From positions 8,827 to 72,826 of the forward strand of contig JBJEHD010000077.1 of assembly GCA_051875715.1 (NCBI GenBank): 64,000 nucleotides of DNA, read 5' to 3'. The notes beneath the pieces are model-generated. The model saw nothing but the letters and a program-made list of their open reading frames with translations, made no database searches and was not told the origin of the DNA. Shown here in pieces: positions 9,313 through 17,611 of this stretch. Position numbers and translations under genes: made by a program. The DNA is from Bacteroidaceae bacterium. Its GTDB lineage: Bacteria; Bacteroidota; Bacteroidia; Bacteroidales; Bacteroidaceae. The number at the start of each line of letters is the position of its first letter. The first letter of the stretch is position 1.

Positions 9313-10995
9313 ATGAAAAAATACACAATATTCGGAATTGGTTTGCTGGCTGCCTTCTTGAGTGGATGCCAGCAGGACAACGACCTGAAGGACGGCTACG
9401 GCTATTTGCAACTGTCTTCGGTCGAAGTGGACAAGAACATTCAGACCAAGGCGGGTGAGCAACTGGCCTTGGACATCTACGACAGCAGCAACATCCTGCT
9501 GAAACATGCCGACGACTGGACCTCCATGCAGAGCGAAAGCCTGCTTCTGCTGGTCGGCGACTATACGTTGAAGGCCTATTCGGCCACCGGCTCGGCCGAA
9601 GCACAGGGCTTTGATGCCATCCCGTACTACATGGGTGAACAGGTGGTGACGGTGGAGGCCAATGTGGCCAAAACGGCCGAAGTGACCTGCACGTTGGCCC
9701 AGGCCAAGGTGGAGATTTCGTATAGCGACCGTTTCAAGTCGGTGTTCCCCACGTACGCAACGACGGTTTCGAACACGAAGGGCAACATCGAGTTTGCCGC
9801 CGACGAGACGCGTTCGGCCTTTGTCTGCGCAGGCGAAGCCTTGAATGCCACGGTGACGTTTGCCAAGGACGGCGGGGCAACGAAGACGTATTCGCACGTC
9901 ATCGCAGCCACGGCACAGCCCAAGTACCTCTACAAGGTGGCTTATGATATCAACAACGTGCCCGGAACGGGTGAGTTCACGGTGACGGTCAATATCACGG
10001 TCGACCGCTACGAACTCAACGCTACTGTGCCGTTGGAATCGAACATCGACGACAATCTGCAGGCCACGAGCGCCAATGCGTGGGGACAGTTTGCTTACCT
10101 CTACGGCTCGTCGTTGCTGGTGTCGACGTCGGACCCCTACGTGTTCGAGTTCAAGAAGAACGGGGCTGCCGAGTGGACCTCCGTCCCGGCCACGCTTGTC
10201 GATGGCCAGTACACGGCCAAGACCGGCCAGTTGGAGTTTAATACGGCCTACAACTACCGTTTGGTCAATGGCACGAAAGTGAGTGCGACTCAGTCGTTCA
10301 CCACCGAGACGTACGAGGAAATCCCCAACCTGAATTTCGACACGTGGACGAAGAGCGGCAGCAACTGGTATGCCAATCCGGTGGCCAACAACTACGACGA
10401 TGCCCAGGCCTATTGGGCCACGGGTAACGAAGGCGTGACATCGTTCTTGGCCGGTAGCAATGCTCCCATCACCGTGCCGGTGGAGGGTGCGGATGCCTAT
10501 TCGGGCAAGGCCGCAAAAATGTACACTTTGACAGGTGTGACACTGGTCGGTGCGGCAGCCGGCAACCTCTTTGTGGGTCGTTACAAGACCAACATGAGCA
10601 GTCCGGCCAACAGTGTTTCGTTTGGCCGTCCGTACACGGGTGCCCGTCCGGTCAGTCTGTCGGGTTACTACAAGTACACGTCGCAACCCATCAGCCGCGG
10701 ATCATATCCGGGCATGCTGACCAACGACGAGGGACACATCTATATGCAGGTGTGGGACGCCAGCGACAATGTGATTGCCTACGGTGAGAAGGTGATTACG
10801 GAATCGGCCGACACCTATACGCCGTTCACGTTCGATCTCGTCTATTCCGATGAAACGGCCAAACCGGCCAAGATTATGATTCTCTGTACCTCCAGTCATT
10901 ATGGTGGCGAGTTCAGTGGCTCGTCTGTGGTGGGTCAGGTTGGCTCGAACAGTACCCTGTGGGTGGATGAGTTTAGTGTTTCCTACTACAAATAA
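9313..10995 (+). CDS. Lipoprotein with DUF4493-like N-terminal region and a C-terminal PCMD (putative carbohydrate metabolism) domain
   Basis: 560 aa. Lipobox LSGC followed by QQDND. The C-terminal block IPNLNFDTWTK...AYWATGNEGV...GYYKY...TSSHYGG...WVDEFSVSYYK matches my recollection of the PCMD family. Confidence 0.8.
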   Translation: MKKYTIFGIGLLAAFLSGCQQDNDLKDGYGYLQLSSVEVDKNIQTKAGEQLALDIYDSSNILLKHADDWTSMQSESLLLLVGDYTLKAYSATGSAEAQGFDAIPYYMGEQVVTVEANVAKTAEVTCTLAQAKVEISYSDRFKSVFPTYATTVSNTKGNIEFAADETRSAFVCAGEALNATVTFAKDGGATKTYSHVIAATAQPKYLYKVAYDINNVPGTGEFTVTVNITVDRYELNATVPLESNIDDNLQATSANAWGQFAYLYGSSLLVSTSDPYVFEFKKNGAAEWTSVPATLVDGQYTAKTGQLEFNTAYNYRLVNGTKVSATQSFTTETYEEIPNLNFDTWTKSGSNWYANPVANNYDDAQAYWATGNEGVTSFLAGSNAPITVPVEGADAYSGKAAKMYTLTGVTLVGAAAGNLFVGRYKTNMSSPANSVSFGRPYTGARPVSLSGYYKYTSQPISRGSYPGMLTNDEGHIYMQVWDASDNVIAYGEKVITESADTYTPFTFDLVYSDETAKPAKIMILCTSSHYGGEFSGSSVVGQVGSNSTLWVDEFSVSYYK

Positions 10996-10998
10996 GGA

Positions 10999-11730
10999 AT
11001 GAGAAAATACGTTTGTTTGCTTATTATATTGAGTTTGTGCCCGAACTTGCTTCGGGCGCAACTCTACGTCGATCGAGGCATCAAGAGCGGATTATTCGTG
11101 CCCAAGGGGGCTTGGATGGGAGGTGCTACCATTTCTTATTCCGAGCATGACGACAACAACTTCAAGTTCTTGGTGTTGGACGACATCGAGGCCAACGGCT
11201 ACACCGTCAAGTTGAGCCCTTATGTGGGCTATTTCTTCAAGGACAACATCGCCGCAGGCGTGCGTGCCACCTACAGCCGTACGTATGCCAACTTGGGAAA
11301 CATCGACATCGACCTGGGCGACGACATGTCGTTCTTGGTGAAGGACTACACCTATCTGAGCCACAAGGTGCAGGTGTCCGGTTTCCTGCGTACGTACATG
11401 GGGCTGGGAGAGAGCAAGGTGTTTGGCTTCTTCAACGAGTTGCGCCTTTCCTACGGGTACGGACAGGGACGAACCACCTCGGGAACGGGGCACGACATGA
11501 CCGGTACGTTCCAGAAGTCGAACAGTTTCCAGATTGGTTGTGCACCGGGGCTGGCGGCCTTCGTGACCAACTTTGCTTCGGTCGAGGTGTCGGTCGGCGT
11601 GATGGGACTTGACTTCGGCTGGATTGACCAGATCACCAACCAGGTGGAGAAGAGCAGCCGGCGCAAGAGTTCGGCCGACTTCAAGATTGACCTCTTTTCG
11701 ATAAACATTGGTATGACCATTTATTTGTAA
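10999..11730 (+). CDS. Small outer-membrane beta-barrel protein
   Basis: 243 aa. SPI-type signal (LCPNLLRAQ), alternating hydrophobic beta-strand pattern, and a C-terminal aromatic/hydrophobic end (INIGMTIYL). It starts 4 nt after the previous stop. Confidence 0.7.
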   Translation: MRKYVCLLIILSLCPNLLRAQLYVDRGIKSGLFVPKGAWMGGATISYSEHDDNNFKFLVLDDIEANGYTVKLSPYVGYFFKDNIAAGVRATYSRTYANLGNIDIDLGDDMSFLVKDYTYLSHKVQVSGFLRTYMGLGESKVFGFFNELRLSYGYGQGRTTSGTGHDMTGTFQKSNSFQIGCAPGLAAFVTNFASVEVSVGVMGLDFGWIDQITNQVEKSSRRKSSADFKIDLFSINIGMTIYL

Positions 11731-11733
11731 CGG

Positions 11734-13359
11734 ATGAAGAAAATTTCACTACGATATGACCGATGGCTGCTCGTGGCCCTGACCTGCCTCCTGAGCGCGT
11801 GCATCAAAAACGATTTGCCCTATCCCTACATCGTGGGCGAGATTGCGGAGATGGAGGTGCGCGGACAAACGGCGGCGGCCAAGATTGACGTGAACAGGCG
11901 TACGGTGGAACTGACGGTGGACGAGGACGAACTCCTGGACAGCATCGTCGTCACCAAGTTCGTTGCTACGGCCGAGGCACGCATCTATCCGGACTCGCTC
12001 AGCTGCCGCAATGCGCTGAAGTACCCGACCGGGAGTTTCACTTCGCTGACAGACCTGCCTGCCAATGCCAACACGGCGATTGACTTTCGGAACCCCGTTT
12101 CGTTCTTGTTGCAGACCTATCAGGACTATTATTGGAAAATCTCGGTGACGCAGGTCATCGACCGCACCATCTCGGTGGAGAACCAGGTGGGCGAGCCGGT
12201 GGTGGACTATCAGAACCACATCATGGTCATCTATGTGGATGCCGAGCAACCGCTGGACAACATCACTATCCACAAACTCAACGTGGAGGGCAGCAAGACG
12301 AAGCTCGTGCCCGACCCGACCACGGTGAAGGACTTCACACGGCCGCAGCGCTTCAAGGCCTACCGGGGCGAGCGTTTCATCAGCGAGTGGCTGGTGGACG
12401 TGCTGCACACGCAACGTCTCTCCACGACGGGCGAGGCCGAAGTGTGGGCTCGCAAGGCCACGCTGACCGGAGGCATGAAGCAGGGAGCGACGCCCGTCAT
12501 CGAATACCGCAAGGAGGCCGATGCCGATTGGACGACGCTGTCGGCCGATGCCGTCACGCTGACCTCGGCCACGACCTTCAAGGCCCAACTGACCGGACTG
12601 ACCGACGGGACCACCTACCGCTGGCGCATCCTCATCGGCGGCACGCCGGGCGACGAGGCTTCGTTTACGACGGAGACCATCGTCGAGATACCCAACCTGA
12701 ACTTCGACACCTGGACCAAGGAGGGAAACAACTGGTTTGCCAACCCCGTGGCCGATGACTACGACAGCCCGCAGGCCTACTGGGCGACGGGCAACGAGGG
12801 TGTCACCTCCAACCTGGCCGGCGGACGCGATCCCATCACCGTACCGGTGGAAGGGGCCGATGCCTACAAGGGCAAGGCCGCCAAGATGGTGACGCTGACG
12901 GGTGTACCTTTGGTAGGCGCAGCGGCCGGAAACATCTTCATCGGCCGGTACAAGACCAACATGACCAAGCCTTCGGCCAGCGCCATGTTCGGACGGCCTT
13001 ATACGGGCGCCCGTCCCACCGGCCTGAAGGGATATTATAAGTATGTGTCCAAGCCCATCAACCACGGCACCTATCCCGGTACGCTGAAGATGGACGAATG
13101 CCACGTCTACGTCCGCTTGTGGGACGAACAGGGCACCCTCTTCGCCACGGGCGAGTTCGTCGGGAAGGAGAGCGTGGACACCTATACGGAATTTAAACTC
13201 GATTTTGTCTATACCGACCTGAAAGCCAAACCGGCCAAACTGGCCATCGTGGCCACGTCGAGCCACTACGGGGGCGACTTCGACGGGGCGAAGGTCATCG
13301 GCCAGGTGGGCGAGGGCAGCACCATGTGGGTGGACGAGTTCGAATTGTTGTACGATTAA
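11734..13359 (+). CDS. Lipoprotein with a C-terminal PCMD domain
   Basis: 541 aa. Lipobox LSAC followed by IKNDL. The C-terminal ~225 aa are closely paralogous to those of the 9313 gene (IPNLNFDTWTKEGNNWFANPVADDYD...GYYKYVSKPI...WVDEFELLYD). Confidence 0.8.
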   Translation: MKKISLRYDRWLLVALTCLLSACIKNDLPYPYIVGEIAEMEVRGQTAAAKIDVNRRTVELTVDEDELLDSIVVTKFVATAEARIYPDSLSCRNALKYPTGSFTSLTDLPANANTAIDFRNPVSFLLQTYQDYYWKISVTQVIDRTISVENQVGEPVVDYQNHIMVIYVDAEQPLDNITIHKLNVEGSKTKLVPDPTTVKDFTRPQRFKAYRGERFISEWLVDVLHTQRLSTTGEAEVWARKATLTGGMKQGATPVIEYRKEADADWTTLSADAVTLTSATTFKAQLTGLTDGTTYRWRILIGGTPGDEASFTTETIVEIPNLNFDTWTKEGNNWFANPVADDYDSPQAYWATGNEGVTSNLAGGRDPITVPVEGADAYKGKAAKMVTLTGVPLVGAAAGNIFIGRYKTNMTKPSASAMFGRPYTGARPTGLKGYYKYVSKPINHGTYPGTLKMDECHVYVRLWDEQGTLFATGEFVGKESVDTYTEFKLDFVYTDLKAKPAKLAIVATSSHYGGDFDGAKVIGQVGEGSTMWVDEFELLYD

Positions 13360-13377
13360 AAACGAAACAGATAGCGC

Positions 13378-15468
13378 ATGAAACAGATATTTTGGACCGG
13401 ACTTCTTTCCGTTTGTCTGTTGGCGGCCTGCCAGCAGGACGAAACGCCGGGGACAGGCTCGCTGCAGGTGGAGCTGACCGACGGGACGGACACGCGCGCT
13501 TTGCCGGCTTTCTCCGACGAGATGACCGGACAGTTCGGCGTGACGGTCTACAACCAAGCGGATGCCAAGACGGTGTTCCAAGGCACGTGTGCCGAGCTGA
13601 ATGCCTCCTCCTTGCTGCTCAAGCCGGGTGACCATACGGTGCAGGCCCGCTTCGGCGAAGACCCGGTGGTGGCGCTCGATGCACCCTACTACGTCTCCGA
13701 CCCGACCACGGTCACCATCGTCTCGGGCAAGACAAAGACGGTGTCGCTCGCTTGCCGGGTGGGCAATGCCCTGGCTTCCTTCGAACTGACCAACCGGGAC
13801 AAACTGGAGAAGGTCATCAAGGACTACGCCATCGTGACCACCGTGGGCGAGACCTCGGTGACATGGTTCCCGGACGACACGACGAACCCGTATTTCCGTG
13901 CAGGCAGTGCGGTGTCCTTCTATCTGACCGGCACGTGGCTGGAGAACAACCAACCCTACCGCCGCAAATTGGCCGAGGTCGCTTCGGCCGAGGCGGCACA
14001 CCTCTACAAGTATCGCTTCGCCGTCGACACGTCGAACATGACGGGCCTGACGCTCGACATCACCGTCGATGCGTCGGTCGAGGAAGTGGGCGTAAGCGAG
14101 ACCTTGCCGCAGAACTGGCTGCCTGCCCCGAAGATTACTGCGTCGGGATTCGATGCCCTCTGTCTGATGACCTATACGGAAACGGCAGACAACGTGGCCG
14201 CCACCATCGACTATACGGCATCGCGTCCGGTCGAGGAGGTGGAACTGACGCTGAACTATGCCGACCCACGTCTGACGGGACTGAACGGCACCTATCTGCT
14301 GTCGTCTCTCACCGAGGAGCAACGGACGGCTCTGCAGGCAGCGAACATCGAACTGCCTGCGGTGGATGGCGTGCAGAAGGCCGGTAGCCTGGTGTTCAAC
14401 ACGCGCGACTACCTCACGCTCGACGGAGGTGTCAATGCCTCGAATCGCATCTCGGTGCGCGTCAAGGCCAACGACCGCTGGAGTGATACGTCGACCTACG
14501 AGATACAGACCATCCGTCCTTTGTTCGGCCTGACAGTCTTGCCCGGCAATGTTTGGACCAAGGAGTTCTCGGCTTCGCCGCTCTCGCAGTCCGACCTGAC
14601 CTCGGACGGCAACGTGTCGCGATTCACGGATATTACGTATGAATACAGCACCGACGGCGGCAACACGTGGTTGCCTTGCACGGGTGTGCGCTCGGCCGGT
14701 CTGACCCCGAACACCACCTACTATGCCCGCGCCAAGTATCGCGGACAGATTGCCGGCTCGGCCGTAGCGGTGAAGACCTATCCGCTGACGGCCTTGACCA
14801 ACGGTGGCTTGGAGTCGTGGTCGCAGGTGAGCGGAAAGGACGGCAATGCTTTTTCCAACTACGGAGCACGCTTTGAGTTCGACGGTTGGGCCACCATCAA
14901 TCAGCAGACGTGCGACTATTGTCCCTGGACGGCCTACAACTATAACACGCGTTCGGGCACACGCCCCGTGAGCGACACACCCAGCGGCAGCGGCACGGCG
15001 GCCTGGATTGCCACCATAGGCTGGGGATACGGCGGTACGTCGGGTAATCCGAAACACCGCACGCCGAGCGAACTGTTCCTCGGCTCGCTGACCGATGTGG
15101 ACACGGGTAATGATACGGCCACGAAGAACTACGGCATCGACTACGGCTCGCACCCCACGGGTGTGCAGTTCACGTACAAGTACACGCCGTATGACGGCGA
15201 CCACTCCGACATCTTCGTGCAGGTGCTCAACGGTGACCAGGTGATCGGTAGCGGCACCTTGCAGCAAAGCAATGCGGTCGGTTCGTACACCACGCACGTG
15301 ATGCAGGTGGACTATGACGCGAATCTGCTGCATCTGGCGCCCAACCGCCTGATTCTGGTGTTCCGATCGGGTGTGAACGCTTCGACCACGAAGCAGGGCA
15401 TCAACAACGTGGAGCAGGTGGGTAGCCAGTTGTTCGTCGACGACATCTCTTTAGTGTATGACAAATAA
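13378..15468 (+). CDS. Large lipoprotein: DUF4493-like N-terminus, central Ig-like repeats, divergent PCMD-like C-terminus
   Basis: 696 aa. Lipobox LAAC followed by QQDE. The C-terminus is LTNGGLESWSQ...FTYKYTPYDG...LFVDDISLVYDK. Confidence 0.75.
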   Translation: MKQIFWTGLLSVCLLAACQQDETPGTGSLQVELTDGTDTRALPAFSDEMTGQFGVTVYNQADAKTVFQGTCAELNASSLLLKPGDHTVQARFGEDPVVALDAPYYVSDPTTVTIVSGKTKTVSLACRVGNALASFELTNRDKLEKVIKDYAIVTTVGETSVTWFPDDTTNPYFRAGSAVSFYLTGTWLENNQPYRRKLAEVASAEAAHLYKYRFAVDTSNMTGLTLDITVDASVEEVGVSETLPQNWLPAPKITASGFDALCLMTYTETADNVAATIDYTASRPVEEVELTLNYADPRLTGLNGTYLLSSLTEEQRTALQAANIELPAVDGVQKAGSLVFNTRDYLTLDGGVNASNRISVRVKANDRWSDTSTYEIQTIRPLFGLTVLPGNVWTKEFSASPLSQSDLTSDGNVSRFTDITYEYSTDGGNTWLPCTGVRSAGLTPNTTYYARAKYRGQIAGSAVAVKTYPLTALTNGGLESWSQVSGKDGNAFSNYGARFEFDGWATINQQTCDYCPWTAYNYNTRSGTRPVSDTPSGSGTAAWIATIGWGYGGTSGNPKHRTPSELFLGSLTDVDTGNDTATKNYGIDYGSHPTGVQFTYKYTPYDGDHSDIFVQVLNGDQVIGSGTLQQSNAVGSYTTHVMQVDYDANLLHLAPNRLILVFRSGVNASTTKQGINNVEQVGSQLFVDDISLVYDK

Positions 15469-15478
15469 CGCTTGAATC

Positions 15479-16132
15479 ATGAAGAAACAACTCTATATAA
15501 TCGGTATGGCCGCGCTGCTGGCCGCCTGCTCGGGTGAGGAGGCGGCGGATGCGGTGGGCTACTTGAGCCTGACGGACCTGACCGTGACGTGCGAGGGCGA
15601 GGTGGTGCCGCTCACCAAGGCGGTGGATGCCGGCCTGCAGGTGCAGGTGTGCCAAGGCGAAACGGTGGTGCGCGACTACGCCCCCGGCACGGACCTCAGC
15701 CGCCGCGTGGCCCTTCCGGTCGGCTCCTACACGGTGAAGGCCTTCACGCCCGACCAGGCAGAGGCGGCCGACAATGAGGTGGGCCATCCTGTCTACAGCA
15801 TCGTGTCCGCACCGTTTGCCATCACCGACGGCGACCTGACAACCCTTTCGCTGGTGGCCCCGCAAATCAACGTGGGCGTGAAGGCGGTGTTCGACGCCAA
15901 CACGCTGGCGGACTTCCCCTCGGCCAGCCTGACGCTGACGGCGGCCACGGGGCGGACGGTGACCATCAGTTCGGGCAACGCCGATACGTACTACTACTTT
16001 AGCCGGCCGGCCGACGGCCGGATTGACTATACCATCCGGGTGACGAACGCCGACGGCGAGGCCTTCTCGCGCGACGGTGCCCTCACGTCGGTGGAGGCGA
16101 AGAACTACGCCGTAGCCGTTCGCCTGGACTGA
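15479..16132 (+). CDS. Surface-type lipoprotein, DUF4493-like
   Basis: 217 aa. Lipobox LAAC followed by SGEEAAD. The N-terminal pattern GYLSLTDLTVTCEGEVVPLTKA resembles neighbouring genes. Confidence 0.7.
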   Translation: MKKQLYIIGMAALLAACSGEEAADAVGYLSLTDLTVTCEGEVVPLTKAVDAGLQVQVCQGETVVRDYAPGTDLSRRVALPVGSYTVKAFTPDQAEAADNEVGHPVYSIVSAPFAITDGDLTTLSLVAPQINVGVKAVFDANTLADFPSASLTLTAATGRTVTISSGNADTYYYFSRPADGRIDYTIRVTNADGEAFSRDGALTSVEAKNYAVAVRLD

Positions 16133-16184
16133 CGGCAACGGCGGCGCCGGACAAGGGATATGAATAGAACTGAAACCTTTATAT

Positions 16185-17468
16185 ATGGAAAAACAAGAGA
16201 GAGAACAAATCATCGCGTTGGTGAAGCGCGAAGTGGTCCCGGCCATCGGATGCACGGAACCCATCGCCGTGGCCCTGGCCGTGGCGAAGGCGACGGAGAC
16301 GCTGGGCGCACGTCCTCAGGCCATCACGGTGAGCCTGAGCGCCAATGTGCTGAAAAACGCCATGGGCGTGGGCATCCCCGGCACGGGAGGCATGATAGGC
16401 CTGCCCATCGCGGTGGCCCTGGGGGCGCTGATAGGCCGCTCGGACTACCAGTTGGAGGTGCTGAAGGACTGCACCCCCGAGGCGGTGGAGGAGGGCAAAC
16501 GCCTGATTGACGCACGCTGCATCGACATCCGCCTGAAGGAGGGCATCGACGAAAAACTCTATATCGAGGCCCGCTGCGAGGCCGACGGACACGCGGCCAC
16601 GGCCATCATCGCCGGCGGACACACGCGCTTCGTCTATGTGGAAAAGGACGGTGAGACCTTGTTTGAGAAAGGATGCGGCCCTGCGGCCGAGGACATCGAC
16701 GAGACGGTGCCGCTGAACTTGCGCAAGGTGTACGACTTCGCCATGACGGCCCCCCTGGACGAGATTCGCTTCATCCTCGAGGCGGCCACCCTCAACCGCC
16801 AAGCGGCCGAGCAGAGTTTCCGGGGCAACTACGGCCACGGGCTGGGCAAGACCATGCGGGGCAAGTACGAACACCAACTGATGGCCGACTGCGGCCTGTC
16901 GCGCATCCTCTCTTATACCTCGGCGGCCTGCGACGCACGCATGGCGGGAGCGATGATTCCCGTGATGAGCAACTCGGGCAGTGGAAACCAGGGCATCGCC
17001 TGCACGCTGCCGGTGGTGATTTATGCCGAGGACAACGACAAGACGGAGGAGGAACTCATCCGCGCCCTGATGCTGAGCCATCTGACGGTCATCTACATCA
17101 AGCAGAGCCTCGGTCGGCTCTCGGCCCTGTGCGGATGCGTGGTGGCCGCCACGGGCAGCAGCTGCGGCATCACCTACCTGATGGGCGGCGGATACGAACA
17201 GGTGGCCTACGCGGTGAAGAACATGATTGCCAACCTCACCGGCATGATTTGCGATGGGGCAAAGCCCAGCTGCGCCATGAAACTGACCAGCGGCGTGAGC
17301 ACCGCCGTGCTCTCGGCCATGATGGCCATGGAGGGCAAGTTCGTCACCTCGGTGGAGGGCATCGTGGACGACGACGTAGACCGAAGCATCCGAAACCTTA
17401 CGCTCATCGGCTCGCAAGGCATGAACGAAACAGACAAACTGGTGCTGAAGATAATGACCTCAAAATAA
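16185..17468 (+). CDS. UPF0597 / L-cysteine desulfidase family protein (serine dehydratase alpha-like)
   Basis: 427 aa. The N-terminus VVPAIGCTEPIAVALAVA and Cys-containing motifs are typical of the YhaM/CdsB family as I recall it. Confidence 0.8.
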   Translation: MEKQEREQIIALVKREVVPAIGCTEPIAVALAVAKATETLGARPQAITVSLSANVLKNAMGVGIPGTGGMIGLPIAVALGALIGRSDYQLEVLKDCTPEAVEEGKRLIDARCIDIRLKEGIDEKLYIEARCEADGHAATAIIAGGHTRFVYVEKDGETLFEKGCGPAAEDIDETVPLNLRKVYDFAMTAPLDEIRFILEAATLNRQAAEQSFRGNYGHGLGKTMRGKYEHQLMADCGLSRILSYTSAACDARMAGAMIPVMSNSGSGNQGIACTLPVVIYAEDNDKTEEELIRALMLSHLTVIYIKQSLGRLSALCGCVVAATGSSCGITYLMGGGYEQVAYAVKNMIANLTGMICDGAKPSCAMKLTSGVSTAVLSAMMAMEGKFVTSVEGIVDDDVDRSIRNLTLIGSQGMNETDKLVLKIMTSK

Positions 17469-17500
17469 GCGAATAAGCAAGAAACAGATTGCTCAAAGGC

Positions 17501-17534
17501 AGACCGGAGCGCAAACGCAGCCTCGCTCCGGTCT
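17501..17534 (+). terminator. Hairpin after the 16185 gene
   Basis: Arms agaccggagcg (17501-17511) and cgctccggtct (17524-17534). There is no T-tract. Confidence 0.4.
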
Positions 17535-17611
17535 CCCCTTGTGCAACCCAAACCAACAAAAAAGATGATGAAATCAACGAATTGGAATGGCTGCCACAAT
17601 AGGTTTAAGGT

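Noticed and set aside
11749-15333. A 1194-aa ORF on the minus strand spanning three plus-strand genes
   Set aside because: It is codon-aligned antisense to the 11734 and 13378 genes, which share a frame. Stops in that antisense frame can only arise from sense TTA, CTA or TCA codons, and this GC-rich genome avoids them. The product is Arg/Gly/Ala/Val-rich low-complexity sequence with no signal or motifs. It is a shadow ORF.
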